The notes under the pieces: model-generated
Seen by the model: only the letters and a program-made list of their open reading frames with translations
Database searches by the model: none
Told to the model about the DNA's origin: nothing
Position numbers and translations under genes: made by a program
Source: Utricularia gibba
Lineage: Eukaryota; Plantae; Magnoliophyta
Length of the DNA: 64,000 nt
Assembly: GCA_002189035.1 (NCBI GenBank)
Contig: NEEC01000010.1
Location: forward strand, 248,001 to 312,000
Direction of reading: 5' to 3'
Shown: piece by piece, positions 42,481 through 54,700 of the stretch
Layout: the number at the start of each line of letters is the position of its first letter
Position numbering within the stretch: position 1 is the first letter of the stretch

Positions 42481-42889
42481 AGAGAGAACATAAAGTCACT
42501 ATCACAATCAACATAATGGATGCTTATGGGAAGTCAAGGTGTTCAAGGGATAGAAAACTTACATGACCTTCAAGAGGAACCCATGGCCAAAGGTCATGAA
42601 CACCCAAATTTTCATATGTGTGATATTGATAATACATATTTATTTGCAATTTCAGAAAGAAAATTAGTATGTTATCTAGAAAATTATGTTTTCAGTAGAA
42701 ATCTTGTTGTTCTAGTAATATTAATAGAATTTATAACTTAGTCCACTTTAGAACTTGATAATGATTTCTTTAGTGCCCACAACAATGTTTCTTGGATTAC
42801 CAAGCTAGATCACATATTGAAATTAATGGGAGGTTGCACAATGCAGTTCCAGCAAGACAAATGAAGAAAGATTTACTAGGCATGCTACT

Positions 42890-44040
42890 CTAAGAATGAA
42901 TGTCCCATGAGCAACTCTTCTTCTTATTTTCCTAGTAGGTCTTCATTGTTTGGTTTGATTGGTCCACCTTCTGGGTGTAAACTCCACAAGTAGGAGTTTT
43001 GTTTGCCAAGTAGCTCTTTGAGGCCTTCTTGCCCTTCACAATGGTGGTGTAATTGTGCTTCTTGATGGCTTTGAACTTAGCCACCAACTCCCTTGTCATC
43101 TTGGCATCAAGGTCTTCCATGATGCACATAAATCAACCATGTCAACATTGGCAAATGGAGAACGAATGATTGTCCTTGGGAGTAATTCTTTTGGCTCATC
43201 CCTTCATCTTCAAAGTTGTCGATAGGATCCAAGAGTCTGTTGGTTCCATTAAGGTGAGCTTCCCTAAGATCTAGAACTCGTTGATGAGTGTCAGCTCTAT
43301 CTCGAGCTCTCTCCTGGCTTGGCCTCCTCCTTAGTGGTTACATCTAATCCTAAATAGTGCCAACCCTATCTAAAAAATGCTTCCATCACAGTATTCATTT
43401 TCATGAAGAAAATGACAGCTTTAACTTTGGGGGTGGAGTTCCTTGTGACAACCTTTTAGGCTTGAGTAATAGAGGTACACTCCTTCAACTGACCCTATAG
43501 AGTTTATTGTTCCATGGCTTCTCCTTTCATGAAGGAAAGAGTCCTACTCATGCATCCATCGTAGACCCTACACTTGAACGATCCATATTTTGCAAAAGAG
43601 AAAATCACTATTTGGATGCATTCATACAAAGTTGCACTTATAATGTATCACATTTACAAAGTTATATAAAAAACCACGGAGCTATCGGAGCTCGTCGGAG
43701 AAAGTCTTTACTAGACGGAGGTGGTGAAGAAAGGTATAGGTTGGGAGGCTCAGGATCCAACCCTTTCTCCGTTATGATTTCTTCTATTTATAGAGAAGGC
43801 CGATCTGACCGAATCATGAGTTCTGCAGGTGCTGGCTACCTTTTTGTACTTGTACTGTGATATTGCTTTTCAGATGATCACCGCCTGTTTTGCCATGACT
43901 CGGTCACTTTTAAGACTGTGCCATACCGCCGCTGTCAAATCTCTGACACATATCAGTCTATCGGCAAGCGTTGTCCCATTAGGACTTATTTTGGCAGCCT
44001 TTCAGAAGCCGATCATCCTAACCCGAGTTGTACCCCATCA
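42890..44040 (-). mobile_element. Probable Tat-like LTR and 5' internal relic
   Basis: The minus strand starts TGATGGGGTACAACTCGGG at 44040, an LTR-like terminus that abuts the truncated MULE TIR. Internal boundary unresolved. Confidence 0.4.
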
Positions 44041-45239
44041 ATAACATAATCGATACATCATGTTTGAAAAATATACAAAAAAAGCATCACGTTTCAAAAA
44101 TAAGCAATATAAAACATCACGTTTCAAATATATGCAAGGCAATGCATCACGTTTCAAAAGTGGTGCTAAAGATGCATCCCGTTTAAAAAAAAAATTGATC
44201 TAAAAATTATAAAAATTCATACAATGTCCAAAAAATATCAAACTAGTTTATTTTGAAAATTATTTAAGAGACACACATATAAGAAAAAATATATATTAAG
44301 TTAATGAGCGTATATATTTTCTATTGATTTTTAATTGATGGACACCTAATAATTTATTAGAAATTAAATCTTTCGAGTAAAAAATAGAAAATATTTTGTT
44401 TTTGATAATTAAATTCCATAATACAAAATTATAAAGTAAGTTTCTTATTTATTTAATTAAAAAATCTTTAGAGAATTTCATTGGATGTTCATTAAAAATG
44501 TATATAAAATATATAAGTTTATTGAAATAACGTATAATAATCCTTTGTGTTTGAAACATCTTGAGTTTGTTCAACCAAATAAACTCTTTTACAATGAAAA
44601 TTTTTATTGAATATATATTAAAAAATTGTAGTTTACAACCAAATATACACATAATCATCATGGATCAAATTTGGAGTCTTTCTTTTAAAAAAATCAAGAT
44701 TAATCAATAAACTCAATCTTTTAATTAGTACATGAATGCTTAATGAGATCATGTTTAGTGTATAATAGTTGGCGTACACTTGCCAAATAATACTTTAGGT
44801 TACACATTTCAGATTTTGAGTATATTAATTTTGGGTTTTAATTTCATATCAGTTTTATGAAAAAACCATAATATTATTTTGAGAAAAAATCAAAAGGTAT
44901 ACAAACCTTTCCATATTTTGCCTCATTTTGCACACAAACGTTTGTTAAAAACATTTCAAACACAAACGTTACTGTTTTTCAAACGGTTTCAATACAAACG
45001 TTTTAAAACATTTTGTTTTAGTATAAACGTTTAGTTACCCATACACACGTCCGTGTGCATTCGATCCTTATGTATTTTAAGGATCGAATGCATTGTTTAT
45101 GCATACCGTATGTGCGTGGCACACGGACGTGGTTTACCCATATGGATGCAAACATATGTATTGTTTGAAAGGATGCGTAAATGGATGAAACGGAAATCAG
45201 AATCTGTTTAAAAATTAATTCATAAAGAGCCTTAAATTC

Positions 45240-48013
45240 TAATTTCTTCTTCTCCTTGTACCTTCTAGTGTTGTGACCAACTTGACCGCACTAAGAGCAT
45301 CCTTGTGGAACAAAATTCCCATGCCTGAAATGCTTGTTGTCTTTAGTGACTGCACATTTCTCATAGCACCATCTCAAACGATGCTTCGGTGGTCTACCTC
45401 GACGCTCTTTACTGTATGAAGGTGGCAGCATCATTGGCATTGTGGTGGAAGGCCATCTTGACTGTCCAGGGACACCATATAGCGAGTAATCATATAACGT
45501 CCTGTATGAGTCTACATAATAGAAGTTGTCTACATAATTGTGCATCGGCCTTCCTAAGTAGTCAATGACTGCAACAGCATAACAACATGGTATACTTATC
45601 ACAATGAATCAGCAATACTATTATAACTGACATTAACAAATCAGACATACTTGTGTAAATCATGCATAATATTATTAAAAACACATCCTAGCATAATACT
45701 TGTGTAACAGACCCACAAAAATCACCTCAATAAATCAGCAACAATGTTACTTTAAAACACTTCAATAGAGTATTAACAAACTTAAAAATTCAGACACAAT
45801 ACTATCAAAACCAGTATCTGAGCATTAATCAAAAATATTAAAATCTTAATAACATAGAATATGCACCTCCAATTTGTCAAATGCCGCAACTACATACTCT
45901 ATTTTCCAAGTCAATTGTTTCAATGTCTTCGCCTACGAACCACTCCCAACGATCATGGGTGGAGCTATGTATTTGGCCCTCTCGTCCTTTCTTGGCCCCT
46001 TCTATCATCACTCCCAAAATGTTAGGGCAGACGACGTTTGACATACGTTTGGCCTCGGCACGTCTTGTGAAAATACGCTCACATAGTAAAACTCGAATTG
46101 CCTCTAAGAAGGGGATTATCGGCTTCAACCTCGCCCCCAAAAGCGTAGCATTGAATGATTCAGTCATGTTATTCAATAGGGCATCAAACTTGCTAGATGG
46201 CCTAAAAAAGGCAATGCACCAATGCTTGGATGGGATACGTAACATGTAGAGATATGCTTTCTCATTCATCTTCATCAGCGCATGCATCTCAACCTTCCAT
46301 CCGGCCCTAGTGCCTTGTTCCGCAATCTTCCTCACCTAACTACATGCATTCACTTTCCCACCAGGCTTTCCTTTAAGATTCTGTTGTATATGCCTAACGT
46401 AGTGATGATGCTACATAAAACAGCATCAAATTAACATAAAGTTATCTGTAAAAGAAAATGTGATTGTGTTGATTGTAGTTAGAACTACCTCAAAGCCTGG
46501 AAATAGGTTGGTGACAGCTTCTCAAATAGATACATCACGGTCTGACAATGCATATTTCATCCAACCTCTCAATATTCAAATCATCACGTAACAGATTCAA
46601 AAACCACATCCAAGTCGCTTTGTCCTCCTTGATGAAAATTGCCCAAGCAAATGGATATGTACCATTATTGGGATCCAAGCCAACAGCAACAAAGATGAAA
46701 CCAGCAGCTTCGGTCTTCACATGACAAGCGTAGATACCAATAAAGGGCCTGCAACAATTCCTCCAGCCTTGGATCAATCCTATGGGGCATATGTAACATG
46801 CTTTAAATGTCTCTTCTCCTTCACTAAGAGCATCTTTACTCGTTTCCGGAAACGATGATATGGCTTCCGTTATTGAGTTTCGATGAGGAAACTGAGTTTC
46901 CTCAAAATGATTTCCGCAATATATAACACAAAATAAAAGTGATTTCTGTAAAAATAAAAATGATTTTCGGAAAATCATGTCAGTATTTCCGGAAATCAAT
47001 AAAGATGCTCTAACAGCTTCTGTGTCGATCACAAAAGTACTCCCTGGATTTGACTGAAGAAATTTCTCCCTATAATCTCTCAAACGACTAAACTCCTCCA
47101 CATGTTGACAAACAATGATCTCTTTTGCCTTCTTGCGTGCTCGGTGCAAAGTTGCCTTATGAATATCCATGCCGATGGCATCAAAAACCTCCCGATGTAA
47201 CTCTGAAACCGTCATTCTTGGCTTTTGAATGAAACTCCGAAGGAATTTCCTAGCAATCCAACCAGACCTTACTTCACAATTTTTCCTAACATGGTGGCTG
47301 TCATCCTTGTGTCGTAGCTCCATATAAGACGTCAATCAAACATTGTTGTGTTTGTAGCATGACACCAACACAAACCAGGGACATTGTTCTACTGGGTTTT
47401 GAGAGTTCTCTTGTGAAGAAAACAAATTTAAGATTTAATATATGACTGATGTCATTGTTTGTACATAACAAACGCAAACACATGTTACCTCCCCATCATT
47501 TGCTGCATTTTTCCATGCCATATGCTCCTTACGAGTACCACATACAAACTTGAGATATTGTGCATTATTTTTGGACACATAAAACTCGAATCCCTCTTCA
47601 ATGCAAAAGTTGGTTAACCCAATCTTAGCCTCTTCCTTTGATGTAAATTGAATACCCAACCTGAAAGCATTAATACAATAAACATAAGAGCATCATATAT
47701 ACTGCGGTTTCAGATACATACGAATAGAAGAGTTGTACATTAAATCTTCTTCTGTTAAATGTCCATCAGGCCGAAATGTGGGGTAATTCAGATCAGAGAA
47801 TGAACTTATTTCATCAGCACCTCCCATATACGGAATAATTTGTAGTTCATGTACATTCCAATCTTCCTCCTTGACAAGTTGCCATTCTTCAAAAGGAAGT
47901 TTCGAATTTGTATCATCCTCGCTCCAATCGATGCCGTCATCAGTATTTCCAAAGTCATCATTTTCAACAATGGGAATATCACTGATATCCTCATCTATTT
48001 GAAACATTGTCAA
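45240..48013 (-). pseudogene. MuDRA-like transposase pseudogene
   Basis: MuDR DBD (GIQFTSKEEAK), MULE domain PFIGIYACHVK...AVGLDPNNGTYPFAWA (first catalytic Asp replaced by Tyr), TESFNATLLGAR, SWIM IDLENRVCSC...IPCCYA, RRGRPPKHR and a broken knuckle CS*CGQVGHN. Stops and frameshifts are present. Confidence 0.88.
46828..47010. mobile_element. Small PIF/Harbinger MITE (183 bp) inside the MULE transposase
   Basis: TIRs of about 25 bp: GAGCATCTTTACTCGTTTCCGGAAA versus the reverse complement of TTTCCGGAAATCAATAAAGATGCTC (3 mismatches). TSD TAA at 46825-46827 and 47011-47013. Confidence 0.88.
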
Positions 48014-49629
48014 TAAAGAACCCCCTCACCTAAACATTATAGTAATTTCATAAACACTATAAATGAAAATGAAATATAAATGAAAATGAAATATCATAAA
48101 CATTATAACCATCTCACTACTTAGAAAATAGTAGTGGAAAATGAGACTTTATTGCTACAAAATGAGTTCCATACCTCAAGTGTAGTATATGATTGAGTAG
48201 TGGAATCCCTATTGCAAAAAGAAAAAAAAAAACTACAATTCATATCTACATAAGGTAAACGGAAAAAATTAATCTTTAGTCATACTTTCACCATCAATCT
48301 TAGGAACAAAATAAAAACAATACCATAATATCATCAAATATTTCTTTAAGAAATCAAATAATCACTTGGTATGATAAACCCAACTACTGATGCATTTAAC
48401 AGTATATGGGTAACTTCTTCAAACTAGCCCATACTAAAGAAAGAACAAATCTTTATAAATGAGTAACAACCTACACATGGAAAGCATTCCAATGGAATTT
48501 GCATTTCTATAAAAATGAACAGACACGAGAGGGCATTTTTCTTAACATTCATGAACGCACAATACTCACAAAAGATGCGCCACTGAGTTAAAACCCTAAA
48601 AATCAAAGCCTTGGCAGGGTGACACGATTTTGAAGATGTTGTCTTCTTTGTACAGTTATCTTTCACCAAGCTTTCATGGAGGGATTGAACGAGAATGGGA
48701 GGGAGACGAGGGCAATTGAATATGTGAAGTAAATGCATCACATTTAATGGGTCAGATTTGGGCTTTATGATTCAATTAGGGAATCTAAATTTTAATAAAA
48801 TCAAAAACATATTCTATGGTTATCTTAACTGTGTTTTGAAATTTTTGTATGCCAATCTATAATATAGCTATCAAATAAAAGTGGTTTCATATTTTTTCAA
48901 TATCGTATGAATTTTTTAAAAATCAAAGATCAAAACTGAAACTTTTAAAAGGTGATGCACTATTTTAATTTATTTCAAAACGTGATGTTTTAAAAATGCA
49001 ATATTTGAAACATGATGTTTTTGTTGAGTAGTTTTCAAAACATGATGTTTGTGTTGAGTAATTTTCAAAACACGATGTTTTGTTAGAGAAACTTTAAAAA
49101 CGTAACGAACCAATTCTTTAATTTTATTAACATAATAAACTAGTATCAAAAAAATTTATAACGTGATGAACTCAAAGTAAACCTGCCCCTTTGCAAAAAT
49201 ACAAACTTAAAAAGAGAATTGGGTTGCATCTCTTCATTGTTAAAAAAACTCAATAGGGGACTAGTCAAGTCCGACAAATAGTGCCATATACTGTGAGTTT
49301 AGGGATTTTTCTTTAGTTTTTATAAAGTGTCCAACATACTAAATTCTATAGAAGATTGCAAAGAAAGAAAATAAGAGAGACATGGTAACTTGAAAAATAA
49401 TGAAAACTGGGGCTGGTTTCACATCAGGTATAAGGGTTCTTCACGAAGAAAATTCAAGTGTTGCTCTTGCATTTCTCCAACTTATTTCTAGCACTTTGTT
49501 TTTGAAAAGGTACCAGAAGTTCTTTCTCTCTCTATTTTTTCTTTCTTATATGGATTTTTCCAAATCTAACAAATGATGGATTTTTTCAATTTTAGCTAAT
49601 TGTTATATCTGACTTTTATTAAAGGTGGC

Positions 49630-52214
49630 TATTGCGTGTTGTTTTCTCAATAAATTTTGATTGTAAAAAACGTAAAAAAAAAATGAACGTAGTACAAATG
49701 TCGATCCTAGGAAGTTGAGTTTTGTGAAAAGTGTTTTGTGCTAAACTTTTACAAATTTTATGAGTTTGTAAAAGTATTTTGAAATGCTAAAAAACAAAAT
49801 ACAACGTAAGTAATGAGTCTTTACTAGGAAAGCAGTTCTTAGTAAAGTGATTCCATTTCCTCCTTTGTTTATTGATAAATGAAAATTTTTGAATCGTCGC
49901 AATAAAATCAAATTTTCGTATCAAATAAATCGATAAGCTCTAAACTATATAAAATACAAATTTAAAAAACTCGTATATTAGATTTCGAGGTTGATCAAAG
50001 AACATGTGTTTGTAAAGTGTTTTTTGAGATGTAGATTCATAGAATAAATAGTACTCTTAGTTCAAGATCAGACTAACAACAATATGCAAGTTTAATAATT
50101 ATGATCAAATCCAATAGTAGACAATAATAAATGCACGTTTTGTGCACAATGTCATGGGTATGCTGGTGATGTGGTACTAAGATTCCTAATTTAATTTATA
50201 ATATTTCTATACTTACAACTTCAAACAACCTAAGTTCACCTAGGTTATTTCTCATGTTTTTGATTAAGTTAGCCCTTAATTTCATCACCTATACCACACC
50301 ATGTGTGAAATATGTAGAACTAGATCTATCCGACTCTACTAGTTTTACCCAGGACTAACGCATACTATCCATGTATTGATTTGTTAGTGTACCTCTAAAT
50401 AAAGTATTTGAGTTGTGAAGCTGTTTATTTCCCCCTTAAGTCTACTTAAAGAATGATAGAAACGAAAGTTAAGACACATTGATTGATTTTCTTATGAACC
50501 ATAGCTCCACATTACCATTTTATACCTTAACGCATCCTTAAGATCTAGCCAATCATATTTGGTAAGCAAAACAAGATCACATACTCATAAACTAATGGAA
50601 CATCATAAACATTATAAGACAAATTGTCACATAAATTAAAAATAAACAAAAAATAAGGCGAAATAGTTCTGTTCTCATTGTGCTATTTTTCATAGCCCAA
50701 AATAGTAGCACTGAACTAGGTTCATGAGGTTATTCTTCACATGGAGGTTTTTTCTTCTAGACAAATCTTCCTCTCTACTCCTTTCGTTCGTTCGTTCTAG
50801 AACTCCCTCATGTGTGTTCTTTGTTACTTCCAAAAACTCCTCCTCCAATTTTCACACTCCTCCAAAAATATCTCTCTTCCTTTAATCCAATGTAATGTTC
50901 CTAGCACCAGCATTGCTCTCGGCCTGAATTTGTAGATTGTGAGCGACAAAATAGTGCTCTTTGTCTCCCTTTGAATATTATGCCCTCTTCTACTTATTCC
51001 ACACATCTTTGAGTCTGATTTGCTGCTAATCCTCATGCTAGACTTAATTAAACATCAATAACAAAAGGTGTACTAAATCAAAGGATTTAGTTCACTTTTT
51101 AATATAAACATGAAATTAAGCTAAACAACATGTAAAATATGAAAAACCACACAAACCTAACCTAAACCACAACAAAACATCATAATTTGGTATTATAAAA
51201 TGCTAAGAAAACGTGTGTCATCACACTATGCTACAACAACATGAGATTTGTCTCTAAGTCCTAGCTTAGACTACCAAGAATCTAACTTCGTCAACGCCAA
51301 TGATGAACATAAACAACTCTGATAAATTTCAGATGTATGAGCTATAGAAGTGCTGGTGTTCATGTCATGTTATCACTCAAATGTGCATGAATAGATTCCT
51401 CTTAAAGAGTATTTTCAAAGATTGCTTCCTCAAATTGATTCATCCAAAATCGTTTAGGAGTATGGTTGCCAACTCAATTTTTTCTTTCTCTTCTCTTCTT
51501 TTTTTTTAGAAGTAAATGGGCAGCTTGTTTTGGACTAATACAGGTACAATGTTATAGCCTTTTCTGCAAAGGAGTGTTGGCCAAGCACTCATACCTTATA
51601 TCTCCAGGCATCCTCCTCTTCCATTGGATTATTCCATCCATGCACACTCTTTCACTACTTATTGAGTCCGCACATGCTCTTTTATTATGTGCTGTTTTTA
51701 GGACTTTGATCTCATATATTTTTTTTTATGATGCTTTTTTTCTTTTTTTTTAAGTTGGTAACCAGTCCTCAAAACGATTATAAAGTCTAGCAAATTATGT
51801 GAAACCAATCTAGATCATACTCCCTATGTTCCTCTAATCATGCGCATGTTCTCCTAAAGTAAAGGGTAAAAACATGTTCCCAGGAGTAAAAGTCTTAGAG
51901 AGCTCATACATCTAAACTATTTCTTTGTTGTAATATTCAATCATATGGCCATTCGAAGCAGCTTACTAACTTTAAACAAAACGAACAAAATGTCAGTGTT
52001 TTGTCTCTTGCAAGTCTTCTACAACACTCCAAGATTCTCATGTCACTTTGGGTGAAATTACACAAAAAAAAATTAAAAATATGTATAAATAATAATAATT
52101 GGATTTTTCTAATAAGATAAAATATTTATTAATATGACTTCTAATTTTAGGTGACTTAATCATGATTTAACACGAAATAATAAATAATAATTATGTAGAA
52201 ATTGATACTTAACA
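49630..52214 (-). mobile_element. Solo LTR, family B, carrying a nested LTR (about 49873-51223)
   Basis: Both ends match family B (TGTTAAGT... start at 52214; ...CACGCAATA end at 49630). Imperfect TSD GTGGC/GTGAC. The inner block TGATAAATGAAAA...GTGTCATCA resembles family-A ends; subtracting it leaves about 1.23 kb. Confidence 0.6.
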
Positions 52215-53096
52215 GTGACTAAGATTTGTATTTTGAGAAAAGTGGTTATCATCCTCACAAAACAACTGCCAAGATGAGTTCAAATGAGTTTTGGGATATC
52301 TCATTAGGCCTCATCTTAGCTCTCGCCAGCTCCTATTACAAGATTCCAAAAGAACTCATCCATTTTATAGAACTCAAATGGCTTATTTGTTCATCTTATA
52401 CCTTCATCTTTAGAAGTAATCCCCTTAAAATGTTTGTATACCTCATCTCTCCCCTAATAGTACCTAGTAAAGAACTCATTGGCCTTGAAGGGAAAGTCCT
52501 CAAAAATTTACAAATGTCCTCTCTCGAAGCCAAGTGCCTGATACTTTCAAGGTAAGAGTTTTTTTGCATTCCATGCTCATAGAGCTTCACTTGTCAACAT
52601 TCTTCCTTATTGAATCTCCTAGAGCTTTCTCAATGAGGACTTGTTCTAGGCTCTAGTTTCTTTATGCAAAAGGCCTATCAATAACATGGACAAGATCATG
52701 GGGGCAATCAAGTGAAACTTGGTCCCCATCAAAACAATTCATTAGCTGCCATGGGGTCTTGATTTCTCAAGAAGCACCATTTTGATCGAAAACAGACGTT
52801 CTTTTTCCCATCATCATTGAGAGGTGTGCACAAGGCATGCTTACATCGCTCAAAAGAACGTTAAATTACACATTTTCGGGTGATGCAATTGAACATCTCT
52901 AAAGGACAATAGAGCACCTCTACTTACAATGGAATGGTGGGTGTTCTAGGACTCTAGAGCATCTCTACTTATAAGGAAATGGTGGGTTTTTGAACGTGTG
53001 TTTAATAGCCAACTTCATGCTTGAGGAGACCCGAGAGTTCACCTCAGCTACGTAATGCTCTTGTTTCAGAAGAGCCTCAATAATCCATAAAGTATA

Positions 53097-54269
53097 TGAT
53101 AACACATATTTTTAAGTGATTGAGTGCATGGAAAAGATTTACATTGTGCTACAAAAATTTAGTTTTACTACCTAGTTTTATATTTTTGCGCATAAGTACC
53201 GCAATTGTGTTATTTTAGTCTTAGTTGGGACTAAATCATAGATTTAGTCTCAACCTTCTAATAGTTTTACTCGAGCAATGCAGTGCAGATCGCAACACGA
53301 ATCCCAAAGAGCCGAATATGCATAGTGTAGTGGCAGAAGATTAGTCCAAATGTTTGAAAAGTGGTACACACAAAATCCAAGGAAGAAAAAGGAAGATTTT
53401 GGACAAAAAGGGAGGAAAGATGAGAGAGAAGGCAAATCTCCCCTTAGAGACTCACGAACACATTTTATGGGGTGAAGGTTTTCTGGGGAAGAAGAAGAAG
53501 GAAGACAAACAGAAATGAAGCTGAAGTTCAAGATTATTTTCTGTCTTCAAAGAATATTACTCATAGCTAAGAGTAGCTAGTGACGTTTTTCAGTTTTTGT
53601 TGACACTTCACATTACTTGCTTGTTTGCTTTCTGGTATTTGACTGTAAAATGAGCACACTGTGGGTGATGTTTTCTTTTCCACTTTCGTTTACCTTAAGC
53701 ATGAGTAGCTAAGTACTTAGGGGGTGCCTTGAGGTAAAAAGGGGAGAAACATGTTAATCAACCTTTAGATCTAAATAGCCATGAGTCACGCCACTTCTTT
53801 AACAAACCAGGATAGATCAAGGAGGGGAAAGTAGTTAAACCCAACTTAACAAACCTAATTGGAGGTAGACCAAAGATTAGGGGGAAAAACAAGAATTCGG
53901 GTAGACCTAGATCTCGTGAGCTAGTTGTATGATTTGTGGTTTGTGTGAGTTTGTTTAGTGATTAGCATACATCCCCTAGGAGTCCTAAGGCATCACCCAT
54001 TCCATTCCAAAAACAACCGAACCCTAGAACTTATTACTTTTCTTTACTGTATTTCGTTTTAGTTCTTCCTTAGTCCTAGCTAAGATCAATTTTACCAACG
54101 TGACACTGATTTCATGCATTAACTTTCACATAGCAAGCACATGCTCTTTGTGTTCGACCATAATCACTATGCTCATAATTGCTTTATGCTTGAAGGTGTA
54201 TTATGTTATAAATTTATTTAATAGGAGAAATTTGCAATTTAACGACATTGCATAATTTTTCGTTTATCA
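53097..54269 (+). mobile_element. Solo LTR, family A
   Basis: TGATAACAC...CGTTTATCA, 1173 bp, with a perfect TSD GTATA (53092-53096 and 54270-54274). Confidence 0.92.
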
Positions 54270-54429
54270 GTATACCACTATTGCCATCAATTGCTCCATC
54301 GACCTTTTACTGTCAAGTACATTAATTGCATTTTACTCTATTTTGAAATTTTCTTTGAAAGTTATGTTGTTTATGAAATATTTGCAAAATACCTTATACT
54401 AAGATTTGATTTATAAAATAAATCCTAAA

Positions 54430-54700
54430 AAATAGAAATATATAAAGCTTAATCTCTAAATTTCAAATCATAATACTAAATTCGAAATTTAAAAATTATA
54501 TAATATAAACCCTAAAATCTAAAACTTAAATATGAAATCTTAAATCCTTAAATATTAAACCACAAAACTAAATACCAAATTCTAAACTTTAGAACTTAAA
54601 CTCTAAAAACCTAAACCCTAATCGTGAAATCCTAAACCCTAAATAAGTAACCTTAAAAAAAATTTAAATCCTAAACTCTAAATCATTAATCGCAAAAGTA
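54430..54700 (+). repeat. Degenerate CCCTAAA-like (telomere-type) low-complexity array
   Basis: Repeated AAACCCTAAA / AAATCCTAAA / AAACTCTAAA units. Confidence 0.55.

Larger units (their letters stand above)
44050..49116 (-). mobile_element. MULE (MuDR-like) element with long, internally repetitive TIRs; left TIR truncated
   Basis: 44054-44162 aligns to the reverse complement of about 48945-49050; both are built of about 30-bp CATCACGTTT units. The right end is ...GTAACGAACCAATTC at 49116. Confidence 0.65.
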
